From the NCBI GenBank assembly GCA_951406725.2, contig OX597830.1:4092001-4156000 (forward strand): 64,000 bases of DNA, in the 5' to 3' direction. The DNA comes from Octopus vulgaris (taxonomy: Eukaryota). Of this stretch, positions 1 to 13,372 are shown piece after piece. A program made the translations under genes and the position numbers. Below the pieces are notes generated by a model. It was not told the origin of the DNA, did not search any database, and saw only the letters and a list, made by a program, of their open reading frames with translations. The stretch's first letter is position 1; the number at the start of each line of letters is the position of its first letter.

Positions 1-201
1 AACTTCTCATAATATCAAACTGAGTGGTATCATGGCCAATACAGATAGTAATGGAGATAGGCTATCATCATCATCGTTTAACGTCCACTTTCCATGCTAG
101 CATGGGTTGGACGGTTCGACTGGGGTCTGGGAAGCCAGGAGGCTGCACCAGGTCCAGTCTGATCTGGCAGTGTTTCTACAGCTGGATTCCCTTCCTAACG
201 C
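1..201 (-). repeat. Perfect inverted duplicate of 1558-1758 (RTE 3' end plus ~62 bp of flanking R4-like sequence)
   Basis: 1-201 is the reverse complement of 1558-1758 with no mismatch seen; ORFs 24..293(+) and 1544..1735(-) start with the same peptide. Confidence 0.95.
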
Positions 202-1695
202 TATCCGACTATATCATAGTCCTCCAGGCAATAACGGAGGAATTCAAGACAGGATGCCCTGGGAGCTCCTCCATGCTGATGACCTTGTTCTAATTGCTGA
301 GTCACTAACAGAACTAGAGGAGAAGTTTCAAGTGTGGAAATAAGGATTAGAATTGAAGGGCCTTAGAGTCAACCTAGCTAAAACCAAAGTCCTAATAAGT
401 AGGAAGGTAAACAAATCACAAACGCCTTCAGATAGATGGCCCTACTCGATCTGTAGAAAAGGTGTAGGTAGAAACTCTATAAGATGTACCAAGTGTAAGC
501 TATGGACACATAAGAGGTGCAGCAATGTCAAAGGAAGGCTAACTAAGAAGATAGTTTTTGCATGTGGCAGATGCTCAGGAGCAATAAACACTGAAAATGT
601 GCAGAGAACAACTTCTGTCACATTCCAGGGAGAAAAACTAGAAGTAGTTGATAGCTTCCATTACCTAGGTGACCAAGTCAATAGCAGGGGCGGGTGTGCT
701 GAAAGTGTAACAGCTAGAGTAAGAATAGCCTGGGCAAAGTTCAGAGAGCTCTTACCTCTGCTGGTGACAAAAATCCTCTCGCTCAGAGTAAAAGGCAGAC
801 TGTATGACGCATGTATACGAACAGCCATGTTACATGGCAGTGAAACATGGGCCATGACAACTGAGGATATGTGTAAGCTCACAAGAAATGAAGCTAGTAT
901 GCTCCGATGGATGTGTAATGTCAGTGTGCATACTCGACAGAGTGTAACTACCTTGAGAGAAAAGTTGGACCTAAGAAGCATCAGTTGTAGTGTGCAAGAG
1001 AGACGATTGCACTGGTATGGTCATGTGGCAAGAATGGATGTCGATAGTTGTGTGAAAAAGTGCCACACCCTAGCGGTTGAGGGATCCTGTGGAAGAGGTA
1101 GACCCAGGAAAACCTGGGAGGAGGTGGTGAAGCATGACCTTCGAACATTAGGTCTCACCAAGGTAATGACTAGTGACCGAGACCTTTGGAAGTATGCTGT
1201 GCAGGAGAAGACCCAGCGGGACAAGTGGGACCATAACCCATGGCCTCTATCTGGGATGTAGCCAGCCCACTTATGCATGCCTTTCACTCTTGGGACAGAA
1301 AACTCTGCTTGCGAAGACCTGTTGAGGCAAGTGAAATCGGAATCGAAATCGAAATTGCTCAAAAGTTGTAGTTGTGGTACCAGTGCCGGTGGCACATAAA
1401 AGAACCATCCGAACATGGCTGTTGCCAGCGCCGCCCTGACTGACCTCCGTGCTGGTGGCACATAAAATGCACCAACTGATCGTGGCCATTGCCAGCTTCT
1501 CCTGGCACCTGTGCCTGTGGCACGTAAAAAGCACCCACTACACTCATGGAGTGGTTGGCGTTAGGAAGGGAATCCAGCTGTAGAAACACTGCCAGATCAG
1601 ACTGGACCTGGTGCAGCCTCCTGGCTTCCCAGACCCCAGTCGAACCGTCCAACCCATGCTAGCATGGAAAGTGGACGTTAAACGATGATGATGAT
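202..1695 (+). mobile_element. 5'-truncated RTE-clade LINE (RT C-terminal half, 3' UTR, (GAT)n tail)
   Basis: IIVLQAITEEFKTGCP/WELLHADDLVL (YADD box), GLRVNLAKTKVL, FHYLGD, MLHGSETW, RRLHWYGHVARM, GRGRPRKTW; ends in aaacgatgatgatgat. Confidence 0.93.
211..1261 (+). pseudogene. RTE reverse transcriptase ORF remnant (frameshift near 260, stop at 341-343)
   Basis: ORFs 24..293, 107..343 and 353..1261 join into one RT C-terminus; includes a Cys-rich segment (CTKCKLWTHKRC...CGRC). Confidence 0.9.
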
Positions 1696-3050
1696 AGCCT
1701 ATCTCCATTACTATCTGTATTGGCCATGATACCACTCAGTTTGATATTATGAGAAGTTAAAATAGCTTATGATTTGGGAAAAAGGATTTGGTCAGATAAA
1801 TCATCTCCTTTTTATAGATGCTATGACACTTTATGCAAAAAATGGAAAGCAGCTTAAAAGTCTTATATATACTGTTTGCATTTCTCAAGTGATGTAGGAA
1901 TGGAATTTCAGATTGAAAAGTGTGCTATATTGATGATGAAATGAAGAAGATTTGAAAGAAACCAGGGAATTGAAATGCCAAATGGGCAAACAATGAAAAC
2001 AGTTGAGAAAGGATAGCAGTGGAATAAGTGTTTGGGAATCTTGGAGGCAGATGAAATAAAACCTGAAGGGAAGAAGCAAATTACTTGCAGAGAGTATACA
2101 AAGAGATTGGGGAAAATATTACAGTCCAAGTTGAGTTCAAAAAATGTTATTGAAGCAATAAAGGCAAGAGCAGTATCGGAAATCAGATACAGAAGTGGAA
2201 TCACAGATTGGACCAAAAGCAACAGAGAGGAAGTTGGTAGAAAACATAGACAGCTGTTGACAATGTATGGAGCTCACCATCCAAAAAGCTGGTATTAACT
2301 GATGTTACTTGAAGAGAGACCAAGGTGGAAGAGTGTGTACAGATGAGAAGAAAAATACCTGGCAGAATATTTACGCAACAGCACAGGAAAAACTAGTAAA
2401 GGCAGTGAATAAGGAGCAGGTGATCAATTGTGTGGAATAGGAGGAAAGGATAAAAAGGAAATTTAAAGAGGTCGTGTTAAGTGGATTGTAGAGAAACATT
2501 TGTATTGTCAGTTATGGAAAGCCACTGAGGGTGTTTGTAGAACAAAATCCAGGGATTGGTGAAAAAGAAATCAATTAAAAAAGAAACAGAGAGTCTAATT
2601 ATAGCAGCTCAAGATCAAGCAATAAAAACAATAAAATATGAGAAATTATGTGTATGAGGAGAAGGTGCCAGCAAAATGTAGAGTGTGCGGAATTTGGGAT
2701 GAAACAATGGCACACATTGTTGCAGAATGTCTAAAGTTGGCTCAGGCAGAATATAAGAGATGGAGACATGATCGAGTTGTGAAAGTTTTGCACCGGCAGC
2801 TTTGTCAGAGATGAGGATTTGAAGTTGGTACAATCATCGGGTGGAAAGATAGCTTGAATCAGTAAAGTGCAAGATTTTATGGGATTTTTCCATTTAAGTG
2901 AATAAGAAATTGGAAAATAACGAACCAGTCATAACAATAATAGACAAGGAAAAGCAAAGTTGCTCATTAATTGATCCATCATGTCCATTTGATTCCAGGA
3001 TTGTAAAGAAAGAAGAAAAATGAAAAATACAATCCTTTAAAATTTGAAAT
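1692..3050 (+). mobile_element. Degenerate R4/Dong-like non-LTR retrotransposon (RT, zinc knuckle, restriction-like endonuclease)
   Basis: Across frameshifts: DSLSPLLSVLAMIPLS, HLLFIDAMTLYAK, LGILEAD, LLTMYGAHHPKS, ETESLIIAAQDQA, CRVCG...HIVAEC...RHDRV, ILWDF, LIDPSCPFD. Confidence 0.85.
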
Positions 3051-3798
3051 TGTGTTGGTGAATTTTGGTAAGATTGGAATTTATGAAGGATTCAGTTTCC
3101 TTGTAGCTAACCAGGGATATGGATATTGTAGTCCATGCTTTGATAATTTTGAGTGTGAACAAAATATATTCAAAAGTCGTATGTGTAGAAGTGTCTTTAA
3201 ATTTTATAAGCATATCCACATACCAGCAGTGTTGTACCAGATGTACCCTGTAAAAATATATTCATAGTATAGATTTGATGTCATGTGATCTCTAATCTCT
3301 TGTAAGGAACTCTCTGCCAGATCTTAAATTAAAATACTTTATACACAATTTTGGCTTATTTCCATAGGTCTGAAAAAGGTGAAATGGAAAGTTAAGTTCC
3401 AAGTAATGGCACGGCTGTAGGGATATCAGTAGCCATGTGTGTATGTGTATATATGTAAGTGCTTTGTGTGTCTATATGTGGCTTTATCTTCCTATCCACT
3501 GTTATATGTGCATCATGATCTACTTAGTTGGATATTGGTAAATGCTTTCGGCAATAAAAAGGAAACTTTTCATTGAAATGGCTCTGTGGATATCATGTCA
3601 GCACAGAGCAATTGGCACACTCTTACTTATAGCAGAAACAGCTGAAAGCTAATGAAAGTGATCACATGACTCCCATTCTTTAGTCATTCATTTATGAATC
3701 GATATTACACTCTGTACTGACCTGCTTTACTGTAAAATATAAGTATATCAAATTCCAACAACTGGTTATTTGTATCACAACAACTAAGCAGAACCATA

Positions 3799-3799
<1 letters not shown>

Positions 3800-3836
<37 letters not shown>
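3800..3836. repeat. (TA)n microsatellite
   Basis: Direct reading. Confidence 0.95.
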
Positions 3837-3841
<5 letters not shown>

Positions 3842-4953
3842 CCCTTGTATTTCTAACTGGAGGTAAATTGTAAAGACAGCATTTCAAAACTCCAGAACCA
3901 ATCAACTATAATCCAAAATGGTTAAAGGAGCAATATCATACAACTAGATTTGATGTATATATATATATAGTATAAAAACATAAAACTGGGCTAAACTAAC
4001 ATAAAAAACAACAGCAAAAACCGATGTAGTTTTCTAAACAATTATCAATTGATTATGTTATTTTCTTGTTGTGTTTTCTTTCCCTCATGAATAAACATTG
4101 TAAATGATACTGGAATACATTGCAACAGTTTCAGAAAACTTTACAAGCTGCAATAATTTTTCAAATATATCTTTCTCTTGTTTTTTTTTTTTTTTTTGCT
4201 TTTTATTTTTTAAATTTCTTTTTATGCTAATAAAAATCAATTATCCTGTGTATTCTGTAAAGAAATAAATTTGAAATTTTCCAATGATACATTCAAATAA
4301 AAGACTCTGGGTTTTTAAAGGTCACCCCAAATGATCATTTAATGTTCATATTTTAAATTTTATATTTTTAACTCCAGGATGTAATTCAAAACATTCTTTA
4401 TACTAATGACTATCTTGCTATTCCACAATATCAAACAGGGAAGTTCCATTTGAAACAACAACAACAACAACAACAACAATAATAATCATAAATTTCAAAG
4501 CATTTTTAGAATAAGCATTTTTTGTATTATTTATTAGTTATATATACATATACACCCGCATGTGTGTACGTATTATTTCAGCAATAAGATGTCAAAAGAA
4601 AAACAAAATAAAATAATAAGGAAACAAAGGTTCAAATTTTCATAAAAATTAGATTCTAGTTTTGGAAACTTTGTTTTCAGTGAATTATCAAAAACTACAC
4701 AGGAGATGTAAATATGATTTGTATTATTCTTTTTCTTAATAACTGTGATATGTAATCATTTTATATTTGTGTGATGTGCAGTGACCTTATTTTTGTGTTG
4801 GAAGTAGGAAAGGGGTCATTTTATTGACTTCTGTGTGACTAAATTTTGCCAAGACAAACAATAATAATGATTGATTCTAGTTTCAGCTCACGAGCTGTGG
4901 CCATGCTGGGGCAGAATTAAACACAATGAACAATTTTTAGCAATGATTATTTA

Positions 4954-5182
4954 TTAACCCTTTTCCGCATTTAAACCAGATTATATCTGGCCAAAATATT
5001 GTGCCTCTTTTATGTTCAGGCTGGCCATATCTAACATCTCACACCTAACCTACAATGTCTTTCTAAAAATTATCAGTTACACCATTAAAATCTTGAAGCT
5101 ATAAGATAATGCATGATTAATTGAAAACAACGAGAATAAATAAGCATTAGGTTTGGCAGAATACTAAAGAATGATAAAGATT
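4954..5182 (-). mobile_element. TTAA-CCC-ended MITE, family P1 (degenerate, reverse orientation to 29231)
   Basis: Starts ttaacccttt; internal sequence is reverse-complement similar to 29231-29458. Confidence 0.6.
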
Positions 5183-5356
5183 TCAATTACAAAACATAAT
5201 AAAATATTTTCTTTTTTTTTCACAAATATTTATTATTTTATTCTAAATAAGAATTGATATGCCACCCTCTCTGTATACAGTTTAGCTGTCATGAGCAAAG
5301 TGCTAGAGACTATAAAGCATTGGTATTACAATACCTTGTCAAAGACTCAAGCTCAA

Positions 5357-5565
5357 GATGATGATGATTATCATCAACATCATCATTTAATGTCCATTTC
5401 CCATGCTGGCTTGGGTTGGACGATTTGACAGGAGCTGGTAAGGCTGGAGAGCTACACTAGTCTCCGTTTGTTTGGCTTGGCATGGTTTTTACAGTTTGAT
5501 GCCCTTCCTAATGTCAGCCACTTGATAGTGTGTACTGGGTGCTTTTTATATGGCACCAGCAGGGT
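5357..5565 (-). mobile_element. RTE 3' UTR fragment
   Basis: catcatcattt...ccatgctggcttgggttggacg...gatgcccttccta, similar to 1540-1695. Confidence 0.8.
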
Positions 5566-6644
5566 TGCCAAATGGCTTGCAAGACAAAGACCCCCTCAGA
5601 TGAGAGAGGTAATGGAAGTAAGGGAAGTGGTTGGGAGCCAGGTGAGAGGTTAGAGTATAACAGACAGAGATAGTTGTCGTGCTAGATAGAAGGGATTCAT
5701 CAAATGTCAGCAATTTTATCATCAAATTAATTTCAAGTTTCAGTTTCAAAACTAAATTCCATATCAAACAAACCTTCAAAGATTTTACTATCATTCAGTT
5801 GTGTTACGAACTGCATTGATTTACCATAAATCTTCTGTATTGGGTGAGGATAAATGTAAAATGTTTCTGGGGTGTAACTTGTCAGGGAAAAGTATAATTA
5901 AGATTCCTAATTCCTAACAAACTGGATTTAATATTTTTCTATTTAAAATATTTTGTGTTTATTAAACTACAGAAAAGAAGTTGCAAGCAGTATGAGTCAA
6001 TAAAGGAGAGCTGTAGAGAGTTTGCAGATGGTTCACTGTGTAAAGACCTCAAATGAATGTTCTTTACAGGAACTGTAAAGAAAAGATCCGTTCAGCCTGC
6101 AAGTAAAGATGCATAAAAAGCTACAAGCGGGGATCGAATTGAGAAAGTTGATCCATAGATTATTGTTATTGAGATGCAAAGTAGAGTCTGATTAAACCTG
6201 GGTGGGTTGAGAGGATAATGTTGGGTCTGATGTTGAAAGGCCTAAATACCTGACGACCCACCAAGTTGCATCACTGATGATGTGAGCCAACTCATCCAAG
6301 AAATGGATTCTGTACACAAGTTACTTTAATATAATCCCTTTCCTCTTGAAGCACTCTAAAGGTTGACACAATTCACTTATTTGTTATCTACTTTTGTGAA
6401 TCACCTTCTTCTTCTTCTTTCTATCCACTTTGCCATGCTTTCATTTGTTAGATGAAATTTAATGAGGCAGGTTTCATATAGCCCGAGGCCTTTCCTGTTA
6501 CCAACCCCCACCTGTCTTCAAAGAAGGTAATATTTCCTCATGACTGGACATGTTAGCAGGAAAGATTGGGAATGAACGACACCACTTGTATGACAGTGAC
6601 ACTCATTTACAACTATCATACAATGTCAAAATGAAGAGGCATGC

Positions 6645-6795
6645 ACAATAGATTCTTTTCAGTTTCCATTAACCAAATCCATTCCCAATTCTTTGGTCTG
6701 CCTGGGATTATAGAAGAAGACACTTGCCCAAGAGGCCTCACAGTGGGACTGAACCTGGAACCATGTGGTTGGGAAGCAAACTTCATACTGCCCAG
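6645..6795 (-). mobile_element. SINE family A, 5' half
   Basis: agacacttgcccaag...gggactgaacctggaaccatgtggttgg. Confidence 0.75.
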
Positions 6796-9692
6796 CATTG
6801 TCTGTACCTAATTGTCTACAACACAGTTTTAATCATATGAACTTTATAAAAGGATGCAAATTTATGATAAGACACCTGAAGAAGAATAAAAACAAAATTT
6901 TAATCATCATCATCATCAATACATAAAAATATTATATTGAAAATCATCTGATCTTTTTGTGTGTTATGTGGTTAGAAGTTATTTGGATGAAATACAATGA
7001 ACAATATTAATATTTTATCAGTAAGTTACAGAAGAAGAAACAAGTATGAATCAGTGATTTGTCACTTTATAAAAGATTTGAAGTTCAATATTTCTATTGT
7101 ATTGACACATTTTTCTTGTTAAATATTGTGTTTCTTTCATCACATTTATACTTACTAGTAGTAGTAGCAGCAGCGGCAGCAGCAGGGGTAACAACAGTAG
7201 CAGCAAATTATTTCTAAATTTATTAGAATCTTTTGAAAAATTCTAGATTTATTAGAATCTGTTGAAAATTTCTAGAACAGTCAAAAATATAATTATTTTC
7301 CTTTTATTCAATGAAAAAAATGCTATTTAGTCCCAGATCAGTTCTGTCTGAGCAGACATGTTCAGCAATGCTCTGGCCACAGCCATCCAATTTTACACAT
7401 ATATACACTACTATACTATTTAATTTGCTCACCTTTTATAAGATAGTGGGGTGTGATTTGAGGGTAATTCAGCTGTTATTACTAGTATTACCAATATAGA
7501 GATTCCTTTGGCACAAATAGAAAGTTGTTGCACCTTTAATCAAATCCAGCTAAAATAAAGCTTTGCATACCTGCAAATTTATTACTCATAGATTACGTAG
7601 AGGAATAATAGTTTCTAATGGGCTATGGTTGTTGTATCGATGTCTGTAGTTGAAGAAGGGCAACAATGCAGAAACAAATGTCCAACAATCATCATCCTTA
7701 CCCTAGTTCAGTGTGTTTTCTCATACATTGTCTGTGAGGAGAATTTCTATTCCAAGGCGATTCTTGAAGCAGACGTCTTTCTACACTTGACGGCACACAA
7801 ACATGTTGAATAGAAATGCATACTATTTTATTTTAATTATCACGGGTTAATGTACTTTTAATAAATTCTAGTTTGACAAAGCTTTGCACTTGCCAGCAAA
7901 TTTATTATTTTTCTGTTTGCATATGAGAATGGCAGTTCTCAGTGGGTTGTGAATGACTGGTTCAGTGTCTATTGCTGATGAGTCATAACACAGAACTGTG
8001 TGTCTGATGACATCATTTGTACCCCAACTTGCATTGCTTAATTTCTCTTCCATATGTTACCATAGCAATGGCCATTCCATATTTGAGTATACACAAACAT
8101 GTTTAATAAAGATGCACACAGTTTCATGTGTCTAAATTATTGTCAATATTTCCTCTAAATTAAAATATAGTCCAAAGGATGATTTGAAAAAAAGTCAATA
8201 GTAAAATCAAAATTAAACTGAGTTGTAAAATTTCAAAACTCAAAGAAATACAAGAATCAGCAATATCATTTAAAGCTCTTGTATCAAGTCTTATTAGACA
8301 CTTTAGAAGAGATTTTCATCGTTTCCTTGCTAACAAAAAAAATTTAAAGATACTTCAATAAAGATTATAAAAAGAATTCAGAAATATTGTATATAAGAAG
8401 TGTAAACAACAGAACAGATGTTTAACAAACGAATTTTAAACTAAATACAAAAAATAATTGATGTAATATTGATAATTTATTGAGATAAAAAAAGATTAAT
8501 AGAAAATGAGACATTTTAAAAACTCCAACATGATGAGATACAGTCGAAATTGAAGTATTTCCACAGGTAAAGTAGAATAGAAGATAATCCATATAACCCT
8601 TTAATTATGGTAATTAAAACTTAAGATGCCTCAATTTCCAAACCAGTATGGGTTGTTTTTGTCCATAATGATAATGGCTAATACGAAATCATTGAAAGAG
8701 CTTTAAAATCTGATGAAGACACACCAACAATTGATGCTATGTTGATGAAATTTTGTTAAATGCAAGATTGATAATGGGAAACTGTTAATGATAATGTGAA
8801 AGAGAAGAGCGGCTTTAAAGAAAATAATGATACGGCTTCAAAATTAACCAGTCCAAAATCCCATTTAAAACATTCTGAGTCATTTAAATGGCTAATTAAT
8901 AAAGAGGAATATCTAAATAAGCATCAGCTTGTGGATTTTTAAAATGAAATACTGAATGATCTGCTGGTAAAATCGATTTGCGAAATTTACTTGAAAATGT
9001 GGACAAAAGAGTGAATAGGGTGAATGAAATAAAATATGTGATTGAATATTGATATGTTTTACTTGTAGTATTGCATCATTAATCGAACTCTACTGTCATC
9101 TCTGATGCATCCTTAATATTTTTGTGTATTGGTAATTGATTTAGATGGTGGATAAAACAAAACTATCATTTTCAAAGAGATAGCAGTAAGTGTATCCATG
9201 AAGTAAGACTTGCCAAAGTTTATAAAGAGTTTCTGCTACAAAGATGACATTAATAATTAAGTGGTGGGATTTGGTGAAAATATTCTAGCTAAGGTAAGGC
9301 ATGTGGCAGAGTCCTTGCATTCACTTTGTAACTTCATGGCTTTGGGTTCAATCCCAAGGTCTGGTACCTTCAGAAAGAGTTTTCTGCTACATACTCAGGC
9401 CAACCAATGCCCTGTGATTGAAATTAACAGAAGGCTTTGTGCGTGAGTATCTGTGTGTTGAAATTCTGTGACTTTGAATGATACTGTCCAAGCAGAACAG
9501 TTATGTCATGTTTCTATTTGTTGTAAAAATGTTCTGTGGTTCTGTACATTCAAAGACTTTTAGAATAGAATAATTCATTTATTTGAAAAATAGACAAGAG
9601 TTCATAACAAGAAGGGGCAAGAAGGGTATCTGGCTGTAAATATCTGTCTCAGATTATTAAGTGGTGATAAATGCTATTTTCTTTGATATATA

Positions 9693-9889
9693 TCATCATC
9701 ATCATCATCATCGTTTAACGTCCGTTCTCCATGCTAGCATGGGTTGGACGGTTCGACCGGGGTTCTGGGAAGCCAGAAGGCTGCACCAGGCTCCAGTCTA
9801 ATCTGGCAATGTTTCTACAGCTGGATGCCCTTCCTAACGCCAACCACTCCGTGAGTGTAGTGGGTGCTTTTTACGTGCCACCTGCACAG
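9693..9889 (-). mobile_element. RTE 3' end copy with (ATC)n tail and possible TSD tgatatatat
   Basis: Highly similar to 1511-1695; tgatatatat at 9684-9693 and 9893-9902. Confidence 0.9.
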
Positions 9890-9957
9890 TAGTGATATAT
9901 ATGTATGTATGCATATACATACACACACACACACACACTCGAGTGTGTATGTATATG

Positions 9958-10053
<96 letters not shown>

Positions 10054-10929
10054 CAGGGTGCGATGGGTAAATTGTTGCCTTTTATATTTTTAATTTCATG
10101 CATGTGCATTGCTTGTTTTTGATTTTGTCGACTACACGGTATAGTAGGGTCAGTTTGGCACCGTCTGTGAGAAAAACAACACCATAATGCAATTCACTCT
10201 GCCAGATATTTGGAAACAACATGCTGTGCTGCATGGTATTCATGCTGGAAGTTAAAATATGAACATTTCAGAGTGTTTGACTGTCTAATCTGAGGACATG
10301 TACCGAGAGAGATAAAAAAATCAAACATCCAGTCAACATCATGTTGTTTCGAGTGATCGGTAGTGATGGGGACGTTGTGTCTCCATTCATCTTCCCACAC
10401 GGCCTCAGACTCAACATGGAAGCCTACATCAAATACCTAGAGGAGGTATTGCTGCTCTGGATGAAGAGGGTGGCTGCTGGAAGACCCTATATCTGGCAGC
10501 AGGATTCTGCACCAAACCACACAAGCAGGAGAACCCAGTCATGGCTGTCAGACAATTTCTGCGACCCCATGACCCCTAACATATGGCCATCTAACTCCCC
10601 ACACTGCAACCCTCTTCATTATTATGTGCAGAGTGCAGTTGAGTGAGAGACCATCTAAATTCCTTGTAACACCAAAGATGAACAGAAGGAAGGATTATGG
10701 CAGCATTCATCAACTTAAACAAAGAGACCATCTAGAAGAGTTGCAGGAGATTCTGAACTCATCTGGAGGCCGTAGTTGAATGGAATGGCGATTTTATTGA
10801 ATAAATTTACTCTTTAGTATTTCAAGAATATATTTATGTAAGTTTGGTAAATATATCTGTTAAAATGAGTTGTAAGCGTTATTTTCCTTTTTGCATAATT
10901 TAGACTACAATTTATTCACTGCATCCTCT
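10054..10929 (+). mobile_element. Internally deleted maT/DD37D Tc1-mariner element inside a (TA)n tract
   Basis: ORF 10341..10646 WQQDSAPNH...WPSNSPHCNPLHYY, 37 residues between D2 and the D3 position (D3 mutated to H); degenerate TIRs cagggtgcgatgggtaaattg / caatttattcactgcatcct. Confidence 0.85.
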
Positions 10930-10932
10930 ATG

Positions 10933-11051
<119 letters not shown>

Positions 11052-11197
11052 ATATGGATAAGAAGTAGCTGATGGTGTTTTTAACACCAGGTGCATTGAG
11101 AATATATTCTTTTATGCCTAAAACATGACTGACTTCTGAACTGACAACACACATGCCTTGTGTATGTGCATTCGATTTTTGTTGTGTAAATATATAT

Positions 11198-11596
11198 ATC
11201 ATCATCATCATCATCATCATCATTTAACGTCCGTTTTCCATGCTAGCATGGGTTGGACGGTTCGACCAGGGTCTGGGAAGCCAGAAGGCTGCACCAGGCT
11301 CCAGTCTGATCTGGCAGTGTTTCTACAGCTGGATGCCCTTCCTAACACTGACTACTCCGTGAGTGTAGCAGGTACTTTTTACGTGCCACCGGTACAGGGA
11401 GGCTGAGGAGGCTGGCAAACGGCCACGATCAGTAAGTGCTTTTACGGCCACGATCAGTAAGTGCAATACGGATGCCAGTCAGGTGGCGCTGGCATCTGCC
11501 ACATTCAGACGGTGCTTTTAACGTGTCACCAGCACGGGTATCTTAACTACAATTTCCATTTGATTTTCATTTTGATGTTGGTGTTAACATACTTGA

Positions 11597-11600
<4 letters not shown>
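11198..11600 (-). mobile_element. RTE 3' UTR copy with (ATC)n tail
   Basis: Reverse-complement similar to ~1325-1695; internal 25-bp-period duplication at 11419-11464. Confidence 0.9.
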
Positions 11601-11637
<37 letters not shown>

Positions 11638-11776
11638 GTATATGTATATGTATATATATATATGTATATGTATATATATATATGTATATGTATATATATA
11701 TATGTATATGTATATATATATATGTATATGTATATATATATATGTATATGTATATATATATATGTATATGTATATG

Positions 11777-11838
<62 letters not shown>

Positions 11839-11870
11839 TATGTGTATATATATATATGTATATGTATATA

Positions 11871-11937
<67 letters not shown>

Positions 11938-11946
11938 GTATATATA
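11600..11946. repeat. Compound (TA)n/(TATATG)n microsatellite
   Basis: Direct reading; ~20-bp higher-order period at 11640-11770. Confidence 0.95.
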
Positions 11947-11952
11947 GTTGCA

Positions 11953-12175
11953 AGGCTTAGTGGTTAGGGTGTTGTAGTTATCATTGTAAGATTGAGGTTT
12001 TTGCTTTCTCCACCAGGAGAGGTATTGTTTTCTTGAGCAAAAACATTGCATTTCACCTTGCTCCACTTCACTCAGCTGCAAATGCATAATCCTGCAAGGG
12101 ACTGGCATCTCATCCAGGGGTGAAATATGCCCACCATAGAACCAAGAAACATTCCTAATGAGAAGGGCCTTTGAT
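11953..12175 (+). mobile_element. tRNA-derived SINE family D (degenerate)
   Basis: ggcttagtggttaggg head, ttcttgagcaaaa core, cctgcaagggactggcatctcatccagggg; matches 61808-62042. Confidence 0.7.
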
Positions 12176-12185
12176 CTTTTTAAAC

Positions 12186-12231
<46 letters not shown>

Positions 12232-13158
12232 ACACAACAGGCTGCTTTCAGTTTCTGTCTACCAAATTGTCTCTTCAAACTTCAATCAGCAGCAGAATGT
12301 ATTAGAGAACATTTGCCCAAGGTACCACACAGTGAGATTGAACCATGAACAACATGGTTGGGAAACAAAATTCTTAACCACCGCAGCCATTGTAATAAAT
12401 ATATTCAAATGTAATTAAAAGCCAATTCTATATTTAGTTGTCTTTAGTGAAAAGTTATAAACAATTTAGCTATTATTTCAAGATTCTAGTGTTAATTACT
12501 ACTTCTCAATTTATAATTAATAATTTATACAATAGACACTCTTTAACACAATCAGCAGCCTCATTATTTGAAACAGTGATTTCATTTAGTGATTCCTCTA
12601 TGGATATTTTACAGTAGCAAATAGTTACATTCAACTCTTCAGAAGTATATTTTTGACAGAATCAATAGATTTCACAAAGCACTTATTATATACAAGACAA
12701 TCTTTGGAGGGCTGCTATATTGTGATAAATTCCACCTTTGGTTATTTACTAAACTGATTTGAACCGGTTCATTGTTTCACAAGTCAGAACTATCTCTTGC
12801 TGCAAACAACATGAATAATTCTCTTTTCAACAGAAGTGTTTCTACTGAGTGGCATTTCCAGCTGTATAATTCAAGAGTTCATGTACCTATGACTAATTGC
12901 AGCTGACCAGGCTTGCAACGACGGCTGGTCAAAATAAATGTGAAGATAAGGAATTATTATTATTATAGCCTGTCGCTAAGGTCACATTAATATAGATATT
13001 GTTTTCTGTTGCTGCTTATCTCATTTTCAATTTGATAAATTTCCAACACAAAACTTAAACATAACAAAAGAAAAACAAAAAAATTAAAACTGAGATTGAC
13101 TGACATAACATTAGAATATTTTGAAAAGTAGGAATGCATACAAATTCAAAATGATTTC

Positions 13159-13372
13159 TTAACTCTTTTGTTACCATATTTCTATTGAAATACACCGCTT
13201 TTGTTTCAGTTAATTTTGAAAATAAAGAAAGCTTTAATAATATAATGTTGTCATTATTATTAAACTTGTGGTTAGAACGTAACATGAAATTTTGATGGAA
13301 GGCTTTCAGATTATCTTATAACAGAAAGTTTGTATCATAGAACAAGAGGTGGTCCTGGGTAATTTGCATTAA
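13159..13372 (+). mobile_element. MITE family P2 (ttaac(c/t)cttttgttaccatatttct...)
   Basis: Shared with 55980-56203 and 58231-58459. Confidence 0.7.

Noticed and set aside
6270-6310. CTGATGA-tgtgag-ccaa-ctcat...GAAAT hammerhead-like string
   Set aside because: Extra bases before GAAA and no convincing stem I or III.
8705-8755. CTGATGA...GAAA string within a possible very old coding relic (8100-9020)
   Set aside because: Stem geometry does not fit a hammerhead, and the region is too decayed to classify.
11461-12237. Long ORFs of IYIYIY/YMYMY type (also near 9.9, 10.9, 16.3, 37.4 and 47.5 kb)
   Set aside because: Stop-free translations of TA/TG microsatellites, not genes.
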